This document shows, in pieces, positions 1 through 9,109 of a DNA stretch of 33,728 nt; the first letter of the stretch is position 1; every line of letters begins with the position of its first letter. Source of the DNA: a virus. Taxonomy: Duplodnaviria; Caudoviricetes. The stretch covers positions 1 through 33,728 of the IMG/VR virus record IMGVR_UViG_3300009037_000015; one strand, given 5' to 3'. The notes beneath the pieces were generated by a model. That model had not been told where the DNA came from. It made no database searches and saw only the letters and a program-made list of their open reading frames with translations. The translations under genes were made by a program, and so were the position numbers.

Positions 1-705
1 TAAGGGCGACTCGTAGCACTGCTGAAGCTCCTCGTTTGTCGCTACGCTTGCAAAGCCCTTGGTTCGGTAAAGCTGAATCAAATGTGAGGTTGTAAGCCCG
101 ACAGGTAGCCAACATTTTGCTGTAGCATTTTGAGCCGCGGCGTTGGTATTTTTAAGCGTAAATCTACCACTTACCCCGCCATATTGAAAATTGCCGTTTG
201 CATCCCTTTTTCCTATGACGTAACGGTAAGTGACATAGTTTCCTGCTGCTATCGCCGTTCCACCTGTTAGTAGTAGCGTAAGATCAATAATCGTGCCGCG
301 CGGGATCCCCGCCGCGTAAATGGTAGTCGCAAGGGCATCCGACTTCATAAGCCCGGCTGAACTCGCAAGATAAAGGTTTTTGTTCTGACTGTTGACGGTT
401 TGAATCGTGGGTGCACTTGTCGGAGCTACTAAAGAGCCGCGCGAAGCATAGCCCGTCACCTCATCGTAAAAAGAAAACGTGCTGCCATGGTGAGAAAACA
501 TCCCGCCGTTCCAAAAAACAAGCTTTTTAACCCGCTCGGTGGAAGTAGGAAGCGCCAGCAGCTGATCAAACCCTTTTCTCGGTTCAATAATCGCGCTCCT
601 GTTAATGTTAACGTTAAGTCCCATAGAAAGACTACCCGTCGGCGCACTCAGCGGGCTACCATAGGTGTAGAGCCCTTTTTGGTCCAGTATTAAACTTTGA
701 GCCAT
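1..705 (-). CDS. Tail nozzle / tubular protein B-like, N-terminal part (runs off the window start; not in ORF track)
   Basis: ATG at 705 after AAGGAA. Open frame to position 1 (MAQSLILDQKGLYTYGSPLSAPTGS...IQLYRTKGF...CYESPL). Follows the adaptor gene and probably continues at 33728. Confidence 0.7.
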   Translation of the reverse strand, partial: MAQSLILDQKGLYTYGSPLSAPTGSLSMGLNVNINRSAIIEPRKGFDQLLALPTSTERVKKLVFWNGGMFSHHGSTFSFYDEVTGYASRGSLVAPTSAPTIQTVNSQNKNLYLASSAGLMKSDALATTIYAAGIPRGTIIDLTLLLTGGTAIAAGNYVTYRYVIGKRDANGNFQYGGVSGRFTLKNTNAAAQNATAKCWLPVGLTTSHLIQLYRTKGFASVATNEELQQCYESPL

Positions 706-715
706 CTTTTTTTCC

Positions 716-1573
716 TTAGTTTAAGGGCGTCCCTAACGCTGTTTCGCCCTGCACTCTTACGCAAAGCACCCGCTTAAAGTTCTCAAGAAGAAGAGTTGTT
801 TTTGCGGCTGAGTTCGCTGCTGCAGGATCCCCGATCGACTCTAGGCAAGCCGTGGCTGCTGATTGCATCAGCGTGACATGACCTTCGGGCGGCAGAAACG
901 GAAAGCAAGTTTCCTCTGCAAGTGCGATATAGTCACCCACCGCTAAACCACTTGGCACGGCTGAAAACTCTACCGAGCTATCGGCTACAGAAAGCGCAGT
1001 AAGATCCATAGAAATAACATCAAAATGAGCCCTACCCCGAACAAGATCAAATGAGTTTGCTGTTGTCCAGCCCGTCGGCGTCGTAATGCTGAGCACGTTG
1101 CCAACTATTGCTGTAATACGCGCCGTTTCAATAACAGGAACAAGTCTTGAGGGCCTCATAAAATAGTAAACTCTTAAAGTCACGGAGCCCGATAGTGCCG
1201 GCACGGGATAAAGGTTAATATCGTTTCCAACAATGTAAAAAGTGTCTGGAATATCAGCTAAATTGCTATCGTCGATATCCTCAACGGTGCAGCGCTTTAA
1301 ATTTATAATTTGCGAGTCGTGAAGAATTTTAAGCTCTCTCACCACTCCGTTAATGGCTCGCGTCGGGATTGGGTAAGAGACTTGACCGGCTATAACAGGA
1401 ATATCGAGATAGGTTACAAGAAAATCCTGCCTTGCATCCAGAATGATCGGGACAATCTCAGATAAAAGACAGTCGTAGGCCAAGTCCAAAATGTCCTGAT
1501 CGCTAAAACGTCCCTCTGGGAGGCATCCTCTTTGCACAACTTGGTTGACAAGTCGCGTTGTATCAAAAGCCAT
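716..1573 (-). CDS. Head-tail adaptor / tail tubular protein A-like
   Basis: 285 aa. Helical N-terminus then 'GQVSYPIP' and 'FYIVGNDINLYPVP' motifs typical of podophage adaptors. Sits directly upstream of the nozzle gene. Confidence 0.65.
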   Translation of the reverse strand: MAFDTTRLVNQVVQRGCLPEGRFSDQDILDLAYDCLLSEIVPIILDARQDFLVTYLDIPVIAGQVSYPIPTRAINGVVRELKILHDSQIINLKRCTVEDIDDSNLADIPDTFYIVGNDINLYPVPALSGSVTLRVYYFMRPSRLVPVIETARITAIVGNVLSITTPTGWTTANSFDLVRGRAHFDVISMDLTALSVADSSVEFSAVPSGLAVGDYIALAEETCFPFLPPEGHVTLMQSAATACLESIGDPAAANSAAKTTLLLENFKRVLCVRVQGETALGTPLN

Positions 1574-1576
1574 AGC

Positions 1577-1792
1577 TTAATCCTCTTTTCTGGTTTTAGC
1601 TGACTCATATGCCTCGATTAAATCATCCATGTCCATATCGGAAAGATCGGGTTTCTCTTCTTTTTCTTCTACTTCTTCAGGCTCACCCGGTTCATCTTCC
1701 TTTTTTTTGCGAAAAGGACTTACCATTTTATCCTCACATAAACTGATCAGTTCATCGAGGCTTTCAAGATCCATTTTTTTTGTATCATCCAT
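1577..1792 (-). CDS. Small acidic hypothetical protein
   Basis: 71 aa, D/E/K-rich, tightly packed in the late operon, GGAG upstream. Confidence 0.7.
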   Translation of the reverse strand: MDDTKKMDLESLDELISLCEDKMVSPFRKKKEDEPGEPEEVEEKEEKPDLSDMDMDDLIEAYESAKTRKED

Positions 1793-1793
1793 T

Positions 1794-1997
1794 TTATGGC
1801 TCCTCTGGAAAACTATATTCCGTAACCGCTGCTATCTCTTCTTCAGTAAATCCGTCCATAGCATCATCAGAATAAATTATAATTCCTTCATCGATAACAC
1901 TCCACCACATGCTTGTACCACCGCCACAACCACGTTTTGCAGCCTCTTCACGACTTCTCGCTTCACCAGCTAGCCTTCCAATAGGTAGTAATTTCAT
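1794..1997 (-). CDS. Hypothetical protein, possible fibre partner or chaperone
   Basis: 67 aa, ATGA-coupled to the upstream fibre-like gene. Confidence 0.6.
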   Translation of the reverse strand: MKLLPIGRLAGEARSREEAAKRGCGGGTSMWWSVIDEGIIIYSDDAMDGFTEEEIAAVTEYSFPEEP

Positions 1998-3283
1998 ACA
2001 AGAGTTACCCCGTAATATTTTGATTGATCTTTTAAAAGTTTTCCTGTGTCTATAGGTGATAGAACAGTACTGAAATATATTGTTTCAGATATCCCGCCGT
2101 ACCAACTTCTAGCAAGACCTCCAAGGTTACCTATAATCATCCCGATAGAGGTTGCAGTAGAACTTTGACAATTAATTATCTGAAGTGGTGTAATTGTTGC
2201 CGTCTGAATAACTGGTATAGTATCAAAATCTACTAAAGTTTCGCTGTTTAAAGATCCAACGGCTACTCCATTAGTATCCAAAAATGCATCGACCCAAGTT
2301 GTATTAGACGCAAGAATTCTTAAACCACCATTTAACCGACTATTAGTGCCAATTCCAGCACCCATTGAAAAAACTGAGAGTATTTGCCTTGTTTGTATTG
2401 TTGTGTAGAATAAGCCCATGCTTGTTTGAGTCGGTGTAGTCCATTCAACTGAAGGTTTACCGCCTTGTAGATAAAGAACTCCTCCTGAAACAATTCTAGG
2501 CTGATCACTTGCTGTTGCTTGTGTCGGGTTAACCGCGCCACCAAACTGGTTATACCAAGTAACGACATAGCCATCACCACCTATTCCACCGTTCGTTCGA
2601 TTATAAATACCAACAGAAGAACCTTCATTTAATTGCGCTCCCCAAGCTAAAATTGTTCCGGTAGCTGGCAAGTTATAACCTGAGTTTTTATTTTCATCAC
2701 CGATAATGAATGAAGCGACTGTTTGAGTTCCGTGAGTAGTAAAAGTAAGGCTATATTTAACCCAGCCGGTATTTATAGTTAGTTCATCTGATACCGTTGC
2801 TGTTACCCACGTTGTTGTGTCTGTAGAAGAAATTTTTAATTTAAATGTTCCAGTCTCCACCTTAATCCAAATAGAAAACGTATATTGTGTGTTCGCCGTT
2901 AATCCAGTTGCCGCGTACCTCCATTTGCTGGTTGTTAATGGGTATGTTATAGAACCTGCTGTTTGCGTACCATCTGGAGCTATTCCAGCACCTGCTAAAG
3001 CAGTAGCACCGCCCTCTGCGCTCGACCAACCTGTCGCTGTGATATTTTCAGAATATTTTATTAAATTCACTGACCCGACAAAACTAAGAAGAGAAGTAGT
3101 ATCTAAGTCATTGCCTGAAAACCCTATGTCAAGCTCAGTGTTGTCTGAAGATCGCCTAACTTTGATCGCATTAGTAGCCTTACTCGTCATTTTTCTAAGA
3201 CTATATGCGTAGCCTGTTCCAAAAGATAATTGATCAAGAATTGCCTTTTGCTTTGTTTTACCGCCCGTAAAGAAAAAATGCAT
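1994..3283 (-). CDS. Fibre/adhesin-like protein with carbohydrate-binding/lectin-like beta domains
   Basis: 'YSLRK...AIKVRRSSDNTELDIGF', 'NLIKYSE', 'YTFSIWIK', 'WGAQLNEG' and 'QATASDQPRIV' motifs, T/G/S-rich. ATG 3283 follows AAGGGG and is preferred over 3316. Confidence 0.65.
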   Translation of the reverse strand: MHFFFTGGKTKQKAILDQLSFGTGYAYSLRKMTSKATNAIKVRRSSDNTELDIGFSGNDLDTTSLLSFVGSVNLIKYSENITATGWSSAEGGATALAGAGIAPDGTQTAGSITYPLTTSKWRYAATGLTANTQYTFSIWIKVETGTFKLKISSTDTTTWVTATVSDELTINTGWVKYSLTFTTHGTQTVASFIIGDENKNSGYNLPATGTILAWGAQLNEGSSVGIYNRTNGGIGGDGYVVTWYNQFGGAVNPTQATASDQPRIVSGGVLYLQGGKPSVEWTTPTQTSMGLFYTTIQTRQILSVFSMGAGIGTNSRLNGGLRILASNTTWVDAFLDTNGVAVGSLNSETLVDFDTIPVIQTATITPLQIINCQSSTATSIGMIIGNLGGLARSWYGGISETIYFSTVLSPIDTGKLLKDQSKYYGVTLV

Positions 3284-3297
3284 GTTTAACCCCTTTT

Positions 3298-3798
3298 TTA
3301 CAAAATTGCTACCCATGCGATCACGGTAAATCTTTCTTCAGAAGCCGGTGTGTAAGCATTCGCAGCTTGAATCGCGCCGTATATTTTTTGATCCGTTCCC
3401 TCCATGACCATAGGAATAGGAATCCCGACGTAAGCGCACCGTGAGTTACTAGCTGTATAATTTTGCACTTCACAAGCAAGCCACGCCCCGCCCGCGTCTT
3501 GCACCGCGTCGGCAATATCTAAAGCCGCGTTGTCGTTTGAAGTGGTGAAAGTTGCGGCTGATAAAAACACGTTAAAAAGAGGAAGAGTCGCCTGCTTTAC
3601 TGAGCTCACTACCACTAGTTTTCTAAGCTCCAGATAGCTGTTTCCTGCTAGCATATCCGATAAATCAAGGGTAAAAGGCACCGGGGCACTTGTAGAGTTC
3701 GCGACTGAATCACCTACGGCGTAAGCTGTGGTATCAGCAGGGCGCGTAAAACTTACCGAAACTTTTTTTAACTTATAACCGACGTGTAAACTTTGCAT
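3298..3798 (-). CDS. Putative virion structural protein
   Basis: 166 aa, beta-rich, 'FTRPADTTAYAVGD' motif, AAGGA RBS. Confidence 0.6.
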   Translation of the reverse strand: MQSLHVGYKLKKVSVSFTRPADTTAYAVGDSVANSTSAPVPFTLDLSDMLAGNSYLELRKLVVVSSVKQATLPLFNVFLSAATFTTSNDNAALDIADAVQDAGGAWLACEVQNYTASNSRCAYVGIPIPMVMEGTDQKIYGAIQAANAYTPASEERFTVIAWVAIL

Positions 3799-3903
3799 AT
3801 TAATTTCCTTTCGTTACGTTAAAAACCTTTAAAACATTTCCCCAACTAGGTCAGGGCTGCGAGGGAGAGGCATGTAATGAGCATTGAGTTGCTGGGTTTC
3901 ATG

Positions 3904-5520
3904 TTAAACAGCCCCAATATAATATATTGTGAACCAGCTAGTATCAGCTGTGCCAACAGTATATGTCATTGCACTATCTGCCGTAGCAGAACTCATCTTA
4001 ATCCTGACTGTGTTTCCTACAACTAGCTGCGCTACTGTCGTTCCTGTTACCGTCCGGTATTTACTCGCTCCCATATCTGTAATATAATTATTCGCCCTTA
4101 CGTCAGACTCACTATTCGCTATAATTATTCCGGCATTTAAAGCTGAGGTTGTCGCCCCCATTAAAGTACCTATGCCGTAGGAAATATAGTATAAACCTGC
4201 TTTGGTTGATGTGAATATACCCGTGCTGGTATTATATTCTCCCAATGTATCGAATCGTGTCGTGTTAAAAATAAGAGTTGTAAAAGAAGCTCCGATAGCT
4301 TGCGTAGAACCCGTGCGATATGCGCTGAAACTACTATTTACTTTAACCCCATCACTAAACGTCTTAACCCCCGCAATCGTCTGTGCTCCTGTGGTGACAA
4401 GCCCTGACGTACTAGCTGAAGCTGCTCCGTTTGTAGTTGTGCCGAAACCGCCTACGGGGTCTATTACACCCGTGTCACTTATCGTAGGAGCGCCTGATGT
4501 GTAGCCTTGAATCGCTTTACCAGTTATTCCGTCAAACCTTACGATTGTGTTATCGACACTCGATGCAGGGCCTACAACATCCCCTGCTCCGGCAGGCGTG
4601 TCCCATGCGAAACCTCCGCCTGTAGTATATTTTAGAAACTTGCCGTCTACCGGGCTTGATTGCGGTATTGCATAAGTTTTTACAGCCTTCTGTGTGGCTA
4701 CTTTACTGTCGCTATTGGTCGCCAAGGTACCGTCAGTATCAAGGTAGTTTGATGGGATTTTCGTGTCCGCATAAGCCTTAACTGCCTTCTGACTAGGGAC
4801 TTTAACATCGCTGTCAGCGGCTAGCGTGTTGTCTGTATCTAAGTAGCTATTAGGAAGCTGCTTAACATCGTCTACGTTACCAAGCCCTACGTTTGTCTTT
4901 GTTACGTTATGGGGGTTAGTTGTGACGTTTGCAATGTGGCTAGCAGATGCGCTGATAGCGAGGTCAATCGCAGCGTGGTCGTTAATACCTTTGCCGCTTA
5001 AGCTTTGGTGAACAATACTACCAACGTGCTGAGTAACCCCTGTCGCTTGAATCCTTGCATCGGGAAGGGTTCCGGAGTCAAGAACTGCAGCTGAAATGTG
5101 GTTTGTTGCATCGGTTAAAGTTTTATTTGTAAAGCTGTCTGTTGATGAAATAGTAGACACGGCCACGGCGTCAAACTCAAGTCGATTCGAGGCATTCGCT
5201 TTCAAAGCTAAATCAGCACTATTCCCCGCGTTTCTCCAAACAACTGCGTTACCGTTATCAGCTACGCCGTTGGCTAACCTGATAAAGCCCGAAGCTGCAA
5301 TTGTACCCGTAACTCCCTTGAGAGAAAGTGCCGCAAGCCCCGCAGTGCTACCAAAGTTCAGCTCTGTTTCAAGAGACTGCGCCCCGCCCGTTTTGGGGAT
5401 TGCTTTGTTTGCGATATGAATGAGAAAGTTCGATACTTCCACGCCCCAATTTGAGCTCTTGGGCTCACGATTAAGAGGCAAGTTAAAAGTTTGACCGGCC
5501 CACGTTTTTGGCGTTGACAT
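3904..5520 (-). CDS. Tail fibre with C-terminal gC1q-like domain
   Basis: Fibre repeats (NPHNVTKTNVGLGNVD; two copies of SD..V..QKAVK.Y; GDVVGPASSVDN; QTIAGVKTF). C-terminal 'FSAY...LIFN..FD..GEYNTSTGIFT...GLYYI' gC1q pattern. Confidence 0.8.
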   Translation of the reverse strand: MSTPKTWAGQTFNLPLNREPKSSNWGVEVSNFLIHIANKAIPKTGGAQSLETELNFGSTAGLAALSLKGVTGTIAASGFIRLANGVADNGNAVVWRNAGNSADLALKANASNRLEFDAVAVSTISSTDSFTNKTLTDATNHISAAVLDSGTLPDARIQATGVTQHVGSIVHQSLSGKGINDHAAIDLAISASASHIANVTTNPHNVTKTNVGLGNVDDVKQLPNSYLDTDNTLAADSDVKVPSQKAVKAYADTKIPSNYLDTDGTLATNSDSKVATQKAVKTYAIPQSSPVDGKFLKYTTGGGFAWDTPAGAGDVVGPASSVDNTIVRFDGITGKAIQGYTSGAPTISDTGVIDPVGGFGTTTNGAASASTSGLVTTGAQTIAGVKTFSDGVKVNSSFSAYRTGSTQAIGASFTTLIFNTTRFDTLGEYNTSTGIFTSTKAGLYYISYGIGTLMGATTSALNAGIIIANSESDVRANNYITDMGASKYRTVTGTTVAQLVVGNTVRIKMSSATADSAMTYTVGTADTSWFTIYYIGAV

Positions 5521-5535
5521 AATCGTTACCCTTTT

Positions 5536-6126
5536 TTAAATGATCGACGTTACCGACACCGCTAAAGTAATTTGACCCGCCGACGGCGTATAAAGAAGCT
5601 TCAAATAGCGATACCCTGAGCAGTTCACTCCAAATATCTTATTGACGGCAAAAGTGTTTATCGTAACGCTCTCATATAAATTCACCCATGTGGTGCCGTT
5701 ATTAGATTTTTGAAGCCTAAAAATGTTGCCGCTTGCTGCTGCAGCTGTCAAGATTCCGCTACCGTCGCCCGTGATATCAACTGCAGTGCCCGCCACGGCG
5801 TTCGCAAGAGAAGTTGCAAGCTTAAGCGTATCAGCGTCAACCTTGATCACCCAGTAATTGGTTGCTGATAGACCAGCTGGCAAGGAGCCGCCTGTTGTAA
5901 GAGCAATCTTAGTGCCGGTGATATAGCCATGCGCTTCAATCGTGATCGTGTTAGCCGTGATATTGCCCGCGGTTAAACTTGCAAAAGTTTTAGCTGCGGG
6001 TGCCACATCACTAGCAGTCACCTGAACGGAAACACCCGAAAGGCCATTAAGATCGATCAAGTGACTTTGAGTTGTGGCAATCACAGCGTTTAAATTCGGA
6101 GGATTGCCCGTACTTCTTTGAATCAT
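5536..6126 (-). CDS. Putative virion structural protein
   Basis: 196 aa, containing the 'TITIEAHGY.TG...LPAGL....YWVIKVDADTLKLATS' module common in phage structural proteins. Confidence 0.6.
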   Translation of the reverse strand: MIQRSTGNPPNLNAVIATTQSHLIDLNGLSGVSVQVTASDVAPAAKTFASLTAGNITANTITIEAHGYITGTKIALTTGGSLPAGLSATNYWVIKVDADTLKLATSLANAVAGTAVDITGDGSGILTAAAASGNIFRLQKSNNGTTWVNLYESVTINTFAVNKIFGVNCSGYRYLKLLYTPSAGQITLAVSVTSII

Positions 6127-6139
6127 ATTATACCCCTTT

Positions 6140-6667
6140 TTAGCTTGCGAAAGTTGTGGGTGCCGATGTTACGCCGCCTGCGCCGCCCGCCCATACTCCA
6201 GAGTTTGCAACTACAATCGTAGTTCCTGACTCTGTAACTGCAGGAAGGTAGTTTCCAATCACACCTTTGACAAGAAACTTGATTGTTACAACTTTAACTG
6301 CTGATGTTGCTACTACTAGATTTTTTAGTACAGAGTGAGCATTGATAGCTGCAGCAAGTGCCGCCGCGTCAGCCGTGTCAGTCCCATCGGTTTCAAAATG
6401 ATCCTCGGTCGTTGGATCACCTGTACCGGTAAGTGTTACACCTAAGATTGTAATCGTATCCGTAGCGCAGCTTGTAAGTGTCGCGGTAACTGACGCAGCT
6501 ACGGGATCCGCTTCAGCGACGTTAACATCAACTGAAGAGCCGATCATTCCACCCGCAATTCCAAGCACAAGGTTTGAAATATTGCGCATCGATTTTTGAC
6601 GGTTCGTTGTGGTGTAATCAGCTGCGTCCGCTCTGCTAGTTTTAATCTGAATATTTAAAGTAGGCAT
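6140..6667 (-). CDS. Putative capsid-associated/decoration protein
   Basis: 175 aa, A/T/V-rich, first gene after the major capsid gene, 'AAALAAAINAH' motif. Confidence 0.55.
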   Translation of the reverse strand: MPTLNIQIKTSRADAADYTTTNRQKSMRNISNLVLGIAGGMIGSSVDVNVAEADPVAASVTATLTSCATDTITILGVTLTGTGDPTTEDHFETDGTDTADAAALAAAINAHSVLKNLVVATSAVKVVTIKFLVKGVIGNYLPAVTESGTTIVVANSGVWAGGAGGVTSAPTTFAS

Positions 6668-6688
6668 GTTTTTAAACCTTTTTTAGTT

Positions 6689-6724
6689 AAAAAGGCATAA
6701 CACGTTTGAACTATGTTATGCCTT
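6689..6724 (-). terminator. Intrinsic terminator after the major capsid gene
   Basis: Perfect 11-bp stem AAGGCATAACA (6692-6702) / TGTTATGCCTT (6714-6724), followed by a U-run on the minus strand. Confidence 0.75.
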
Positions 6725-6743
6725 AAATTGAAGAGTAAAAATC

Positions 6744-7970
6744 TTAGGTGTGAAGAGCAAGAGCATCGGAACGTGTACCGTACACGATGAAACCGGGCTT
6801 CTCACAAAACACTGTCCAGTCAGAAAAGTAGCGAAGCTGCTTAGCTGAGGTAGATTCAAGGTCAAAAAAGATATCGCCAGAGTTACCAATCTGGTTAGTC
6901 ATCTCTTCCGAGCCGATCAGGTAAGTGTAGCGCTCTGGGAACATGATAAACTCGCCTTCCTTACAGAACATGTAGGGCAAAATACTGATGATTCCTGTGG
7001 CACCGTGGAAGTCGATCGATTCAAAGCCGTTTTCAGCTTTGGCACTGTTATAGTTTGCACCATATTCTCTCAAAGCTGCCTGATCGTTTATCATGCCTTG
7101 GAAAGCTTTGTTAGGAACAAGGCAAGTCAGCTTCTCAGCGCAGCCCTTATCAGCAGCCAAAGCCGAGGCAAGTGAGATTTTGCCAAGGGTAAGAGCCGAA
7201 GTGCCAACGTCGTAAGCGTTTGCTTTCCAAAGCTCATAGGTTACTGCTGAGATGTTATAGAGAGTGCCCACATTTTTCGCAATATCCATAAGGCCGATTG
7301 GGCCCACGCTTCTTTGATGCTTAAGGAACAAAATGTCACCTTGAGCAACACTTGAGCAGGTTCCAACAACTGTAATGGTTTTATTCGCGATCGAAAGAGC
7401 TCCTACCACAAGATCACTGTCATGCTGTGAGCCGCTTCCTGCAACTGCAGTCCATGCCTCGATTGTCGCGCCCTTCATAGTCAGCAACATTGCAGAACAC
7501 CAAGAGGCTGGCGTAATGGTGATCACCTGACTTGATACGCTGGTTACCACCGCGATACCTTGACGGCCATGCATTGCCAAAATTTCTTGACGAGTTCTAA
7601 AGCTTTCTGCAGCTGGGATAAACTTGCTGTTGTTGAAAGCTTGAAAAGCTTGTTTGCTGGTTTTCGCGCGGCTGATCAAGTCGTAAGAAACGTTTGATTG
7701 AAGCACGATTGAAAAGCCAGTCACTTCGGCTTTCTCAGAAACCTGAGCAACTGAGCCATTCAGCGTAATTTCGCCCGTTCCCATCGAAAAGCCCTGCTCA
7801 CCAGAAAGCTGAACATCAAAGCGCACTTTTTCACCGTGCTGCAGTTCTTTTTTGAATTTTAGTCTTTTTCCGACAAGCTCATTAGCTGCAGGAACAAGCA
7901 CGGTCGGGCCGTCGGGATAAATTTCCTTGAGGCGTGAGGCCAGCGTAGTAGGTGTATTGGTAGTTGCCAT
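6744..7970 (-). CDS. Major capsid protein
   Basis: 408 aa in portal-scaffold-capsid synteny, 'LKEIY' N-terminal motif, followed by a terminator. Confidence 0.85.
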   Translation of the reverse strand: MATTNTPTTLASRLKEIYPDGPTVLVPAANELVGKRLKFKKELQHGEKVRFDVQLSGEQGFSMGTGEITLNGSVAQVSEKAEVTGFSIVLQSNVSYDLISRAKTSKQAFQAFNNSKFIPAAESFRTRQEILAMHGRQGIAVVTSVSSQVITITPASWCSAMLLTMKGATIEAWTAVAGSGSQHDSDLVVGALSIANKTITVVGTCSSVAQGDILFLKHQRSVGPIGLMDIAKNVGTLYNISAVTYELWKANAYDVGTSALTLGKISLASALAADKGCAEKLTCLVPNKAFQGMINDQAALREYGANYNSAKAENGFESIDFHGATGIISILPYMFCKEGEFIMFPERYTYLIGSEEMTNQIGNSGDIFFDLESTSAKQLRYFSDWTVFCEKPGFIVYGTRSDALALHT

Positions 7971-8030
7971 TGTATTAACCTTTATAAAATGATTTAACGA
8001 TATTAATAATATTAAACTAAACTCTTTGCG

Positions 8031-8098
8031 GCTGGCATCCTTAGCGGGTAGGCAGCAACATTTTTAGAGGCGGCGTCCTATAAGGATAGGCGCCTCTA
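8031..8098 (-). promoter_or_regulatory. Tandem 26-nt covarying hairpin motif in the capsid mRNA leader
   Basis: Copies at 8031-8056 and 8069-8094 share CCTAYCC-N5-GGAYGC (minus strand), with compensatory outer stems. Confidence 0.6.
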
Positions 8099-8124
8099 CC
8101 TAGTAATGCAGATTTTCGGATGTT

Positions 8125-9099
8125 TTATTTGCCGAAAAGGATTTTGTTGGCGTGCTCCCTTGCCTGCCAAGGATCCATCGTTTTTCGAGGCGAAGAAGCT
8201 GAACTTGTCACCCGCGTTTCATCCCTGAAACTTTGATTCTGACCTCCGCCCCTCGATTTTCTGATTCTCTCAATATCTGTCTTTCGGATTCTGTTTACAA
8301 TCTCTTCACCCAAGAACTCGATAAGCTCCTCACCTTGAAACTGATGAGCGAGGCTATAGAACTGGGTGAACCGCTGGTTATGAATATGCTCAACAAGCTG
8401 ATCGGGCGTTACATTCTCGCCCCGCTCTTTGCATGCCCTCATGTAAAGTGCCATTTCCCTTAAGACGCTAGCCGAAGTTTCAGGATCAGCTGAGAGGTGA
8501 GTCGCTTCCATGGCCTTAAGAAGTGTTTGAGAGATAGCAGTTTTGCGCTGCTCTTTCGCAGCCTCGTACTCCTGAGTCTGCTTATCCTCTTCTGCCTTCT
8601 TGTCGCGCTCCTCATACTCTTTAAGCCGCTTTTCTGTTTCAGAAAGCTTGGCATCCCTTGGATCAGCGGGATTCAGCTCACTATCGATTGATTCAAGCAG
8701 CCATTTTTCGGCAAGCTTTCTTTTATCAAGAGGGATCCTCTTATCACTGAGGATCTTTTCCGGATCCTCCTGCAGCGCCTTCATAAAAGCTTCAGTCGCT
8801 TTTCTTGCCTCAGCAGCTTCACGAAAAGCCTTATCGCTCGCCTTCCACTTTGAATAGTCGCGCTTGATATCCTCATCAGATAGGCTGACCTCCTCTTCGC
8901 CAATCTTATACTTCCTAACCTGGGGGGCTTTGGGCTTGGGAACTGCCGGGGCTTTGGGCTTTTTTGCCTCACCTTCGGGAGTCTCTTCTGTCTCTGTCGC
9001 CGTACTACTCGGAGTAATACTCGGAGTACTACTCGGAGTAGTATCGTCATCTTGGCTGGTATCGCCGCCAATTTCCATTGAACTCATTTCGTCACTCAT
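8125..9099 (-). CDS. Scaffolding protein
   Basis: 324 aa. Acidic disordered N-terminus, 'KYKIGEEEVSLS' motif, charged coiled coil. Lies between portal and capsid genes. Confidence 0.8.
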   Translation of the reverse strand: MSDEMSSMEIGGDTSQDDDTTPSSTPSITPSSTATETEETPEGEAKKPKAPAVPKPKAPQVRKYKIGEEEVSLSDEDIKRDYSKWKASDKAFREAAEARKATEAFMKALQEDPEKILSDKRIPLDKRKLAEKWLLESIDSELNPADPRDAKLSETEKRLKEYEERDKKAEEDKQTQEYEAAKEQRKTAISQTLLKAMEATHLSADPETSASVLREMALYMRACKERGENVTPDQLVEHIHNQRFTQFYSLAHQFQGEELIEFLGEEIVNRIRKTDIERIRKSRGGGQNQSFRDETRVTSSASSPRKTMDPWQAREHANKILFGK

Positions 9100-9109
9100 A
9101 TTATTCTCC

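Noticed and set aside
456-693. Track ORFs 456-647 (-) and 487-693 (+)
   Set aside because: Shadows of the real minus-strand frame 705-1.
3799-3903. 18-codon signal-peptide-like mini-ORF (MKPSNSMLITCLSLAALT*) after the fibre gene
   Set aside because: Too short and without a clear SD. It may be a gene relic but cannot be supported.
9002-9043. Three copies of TACTCGGAGTA with a 12-bp period
   Set aside because: Explained by TPSS/TPSI repeats in the disordered scaffold N-terminus.
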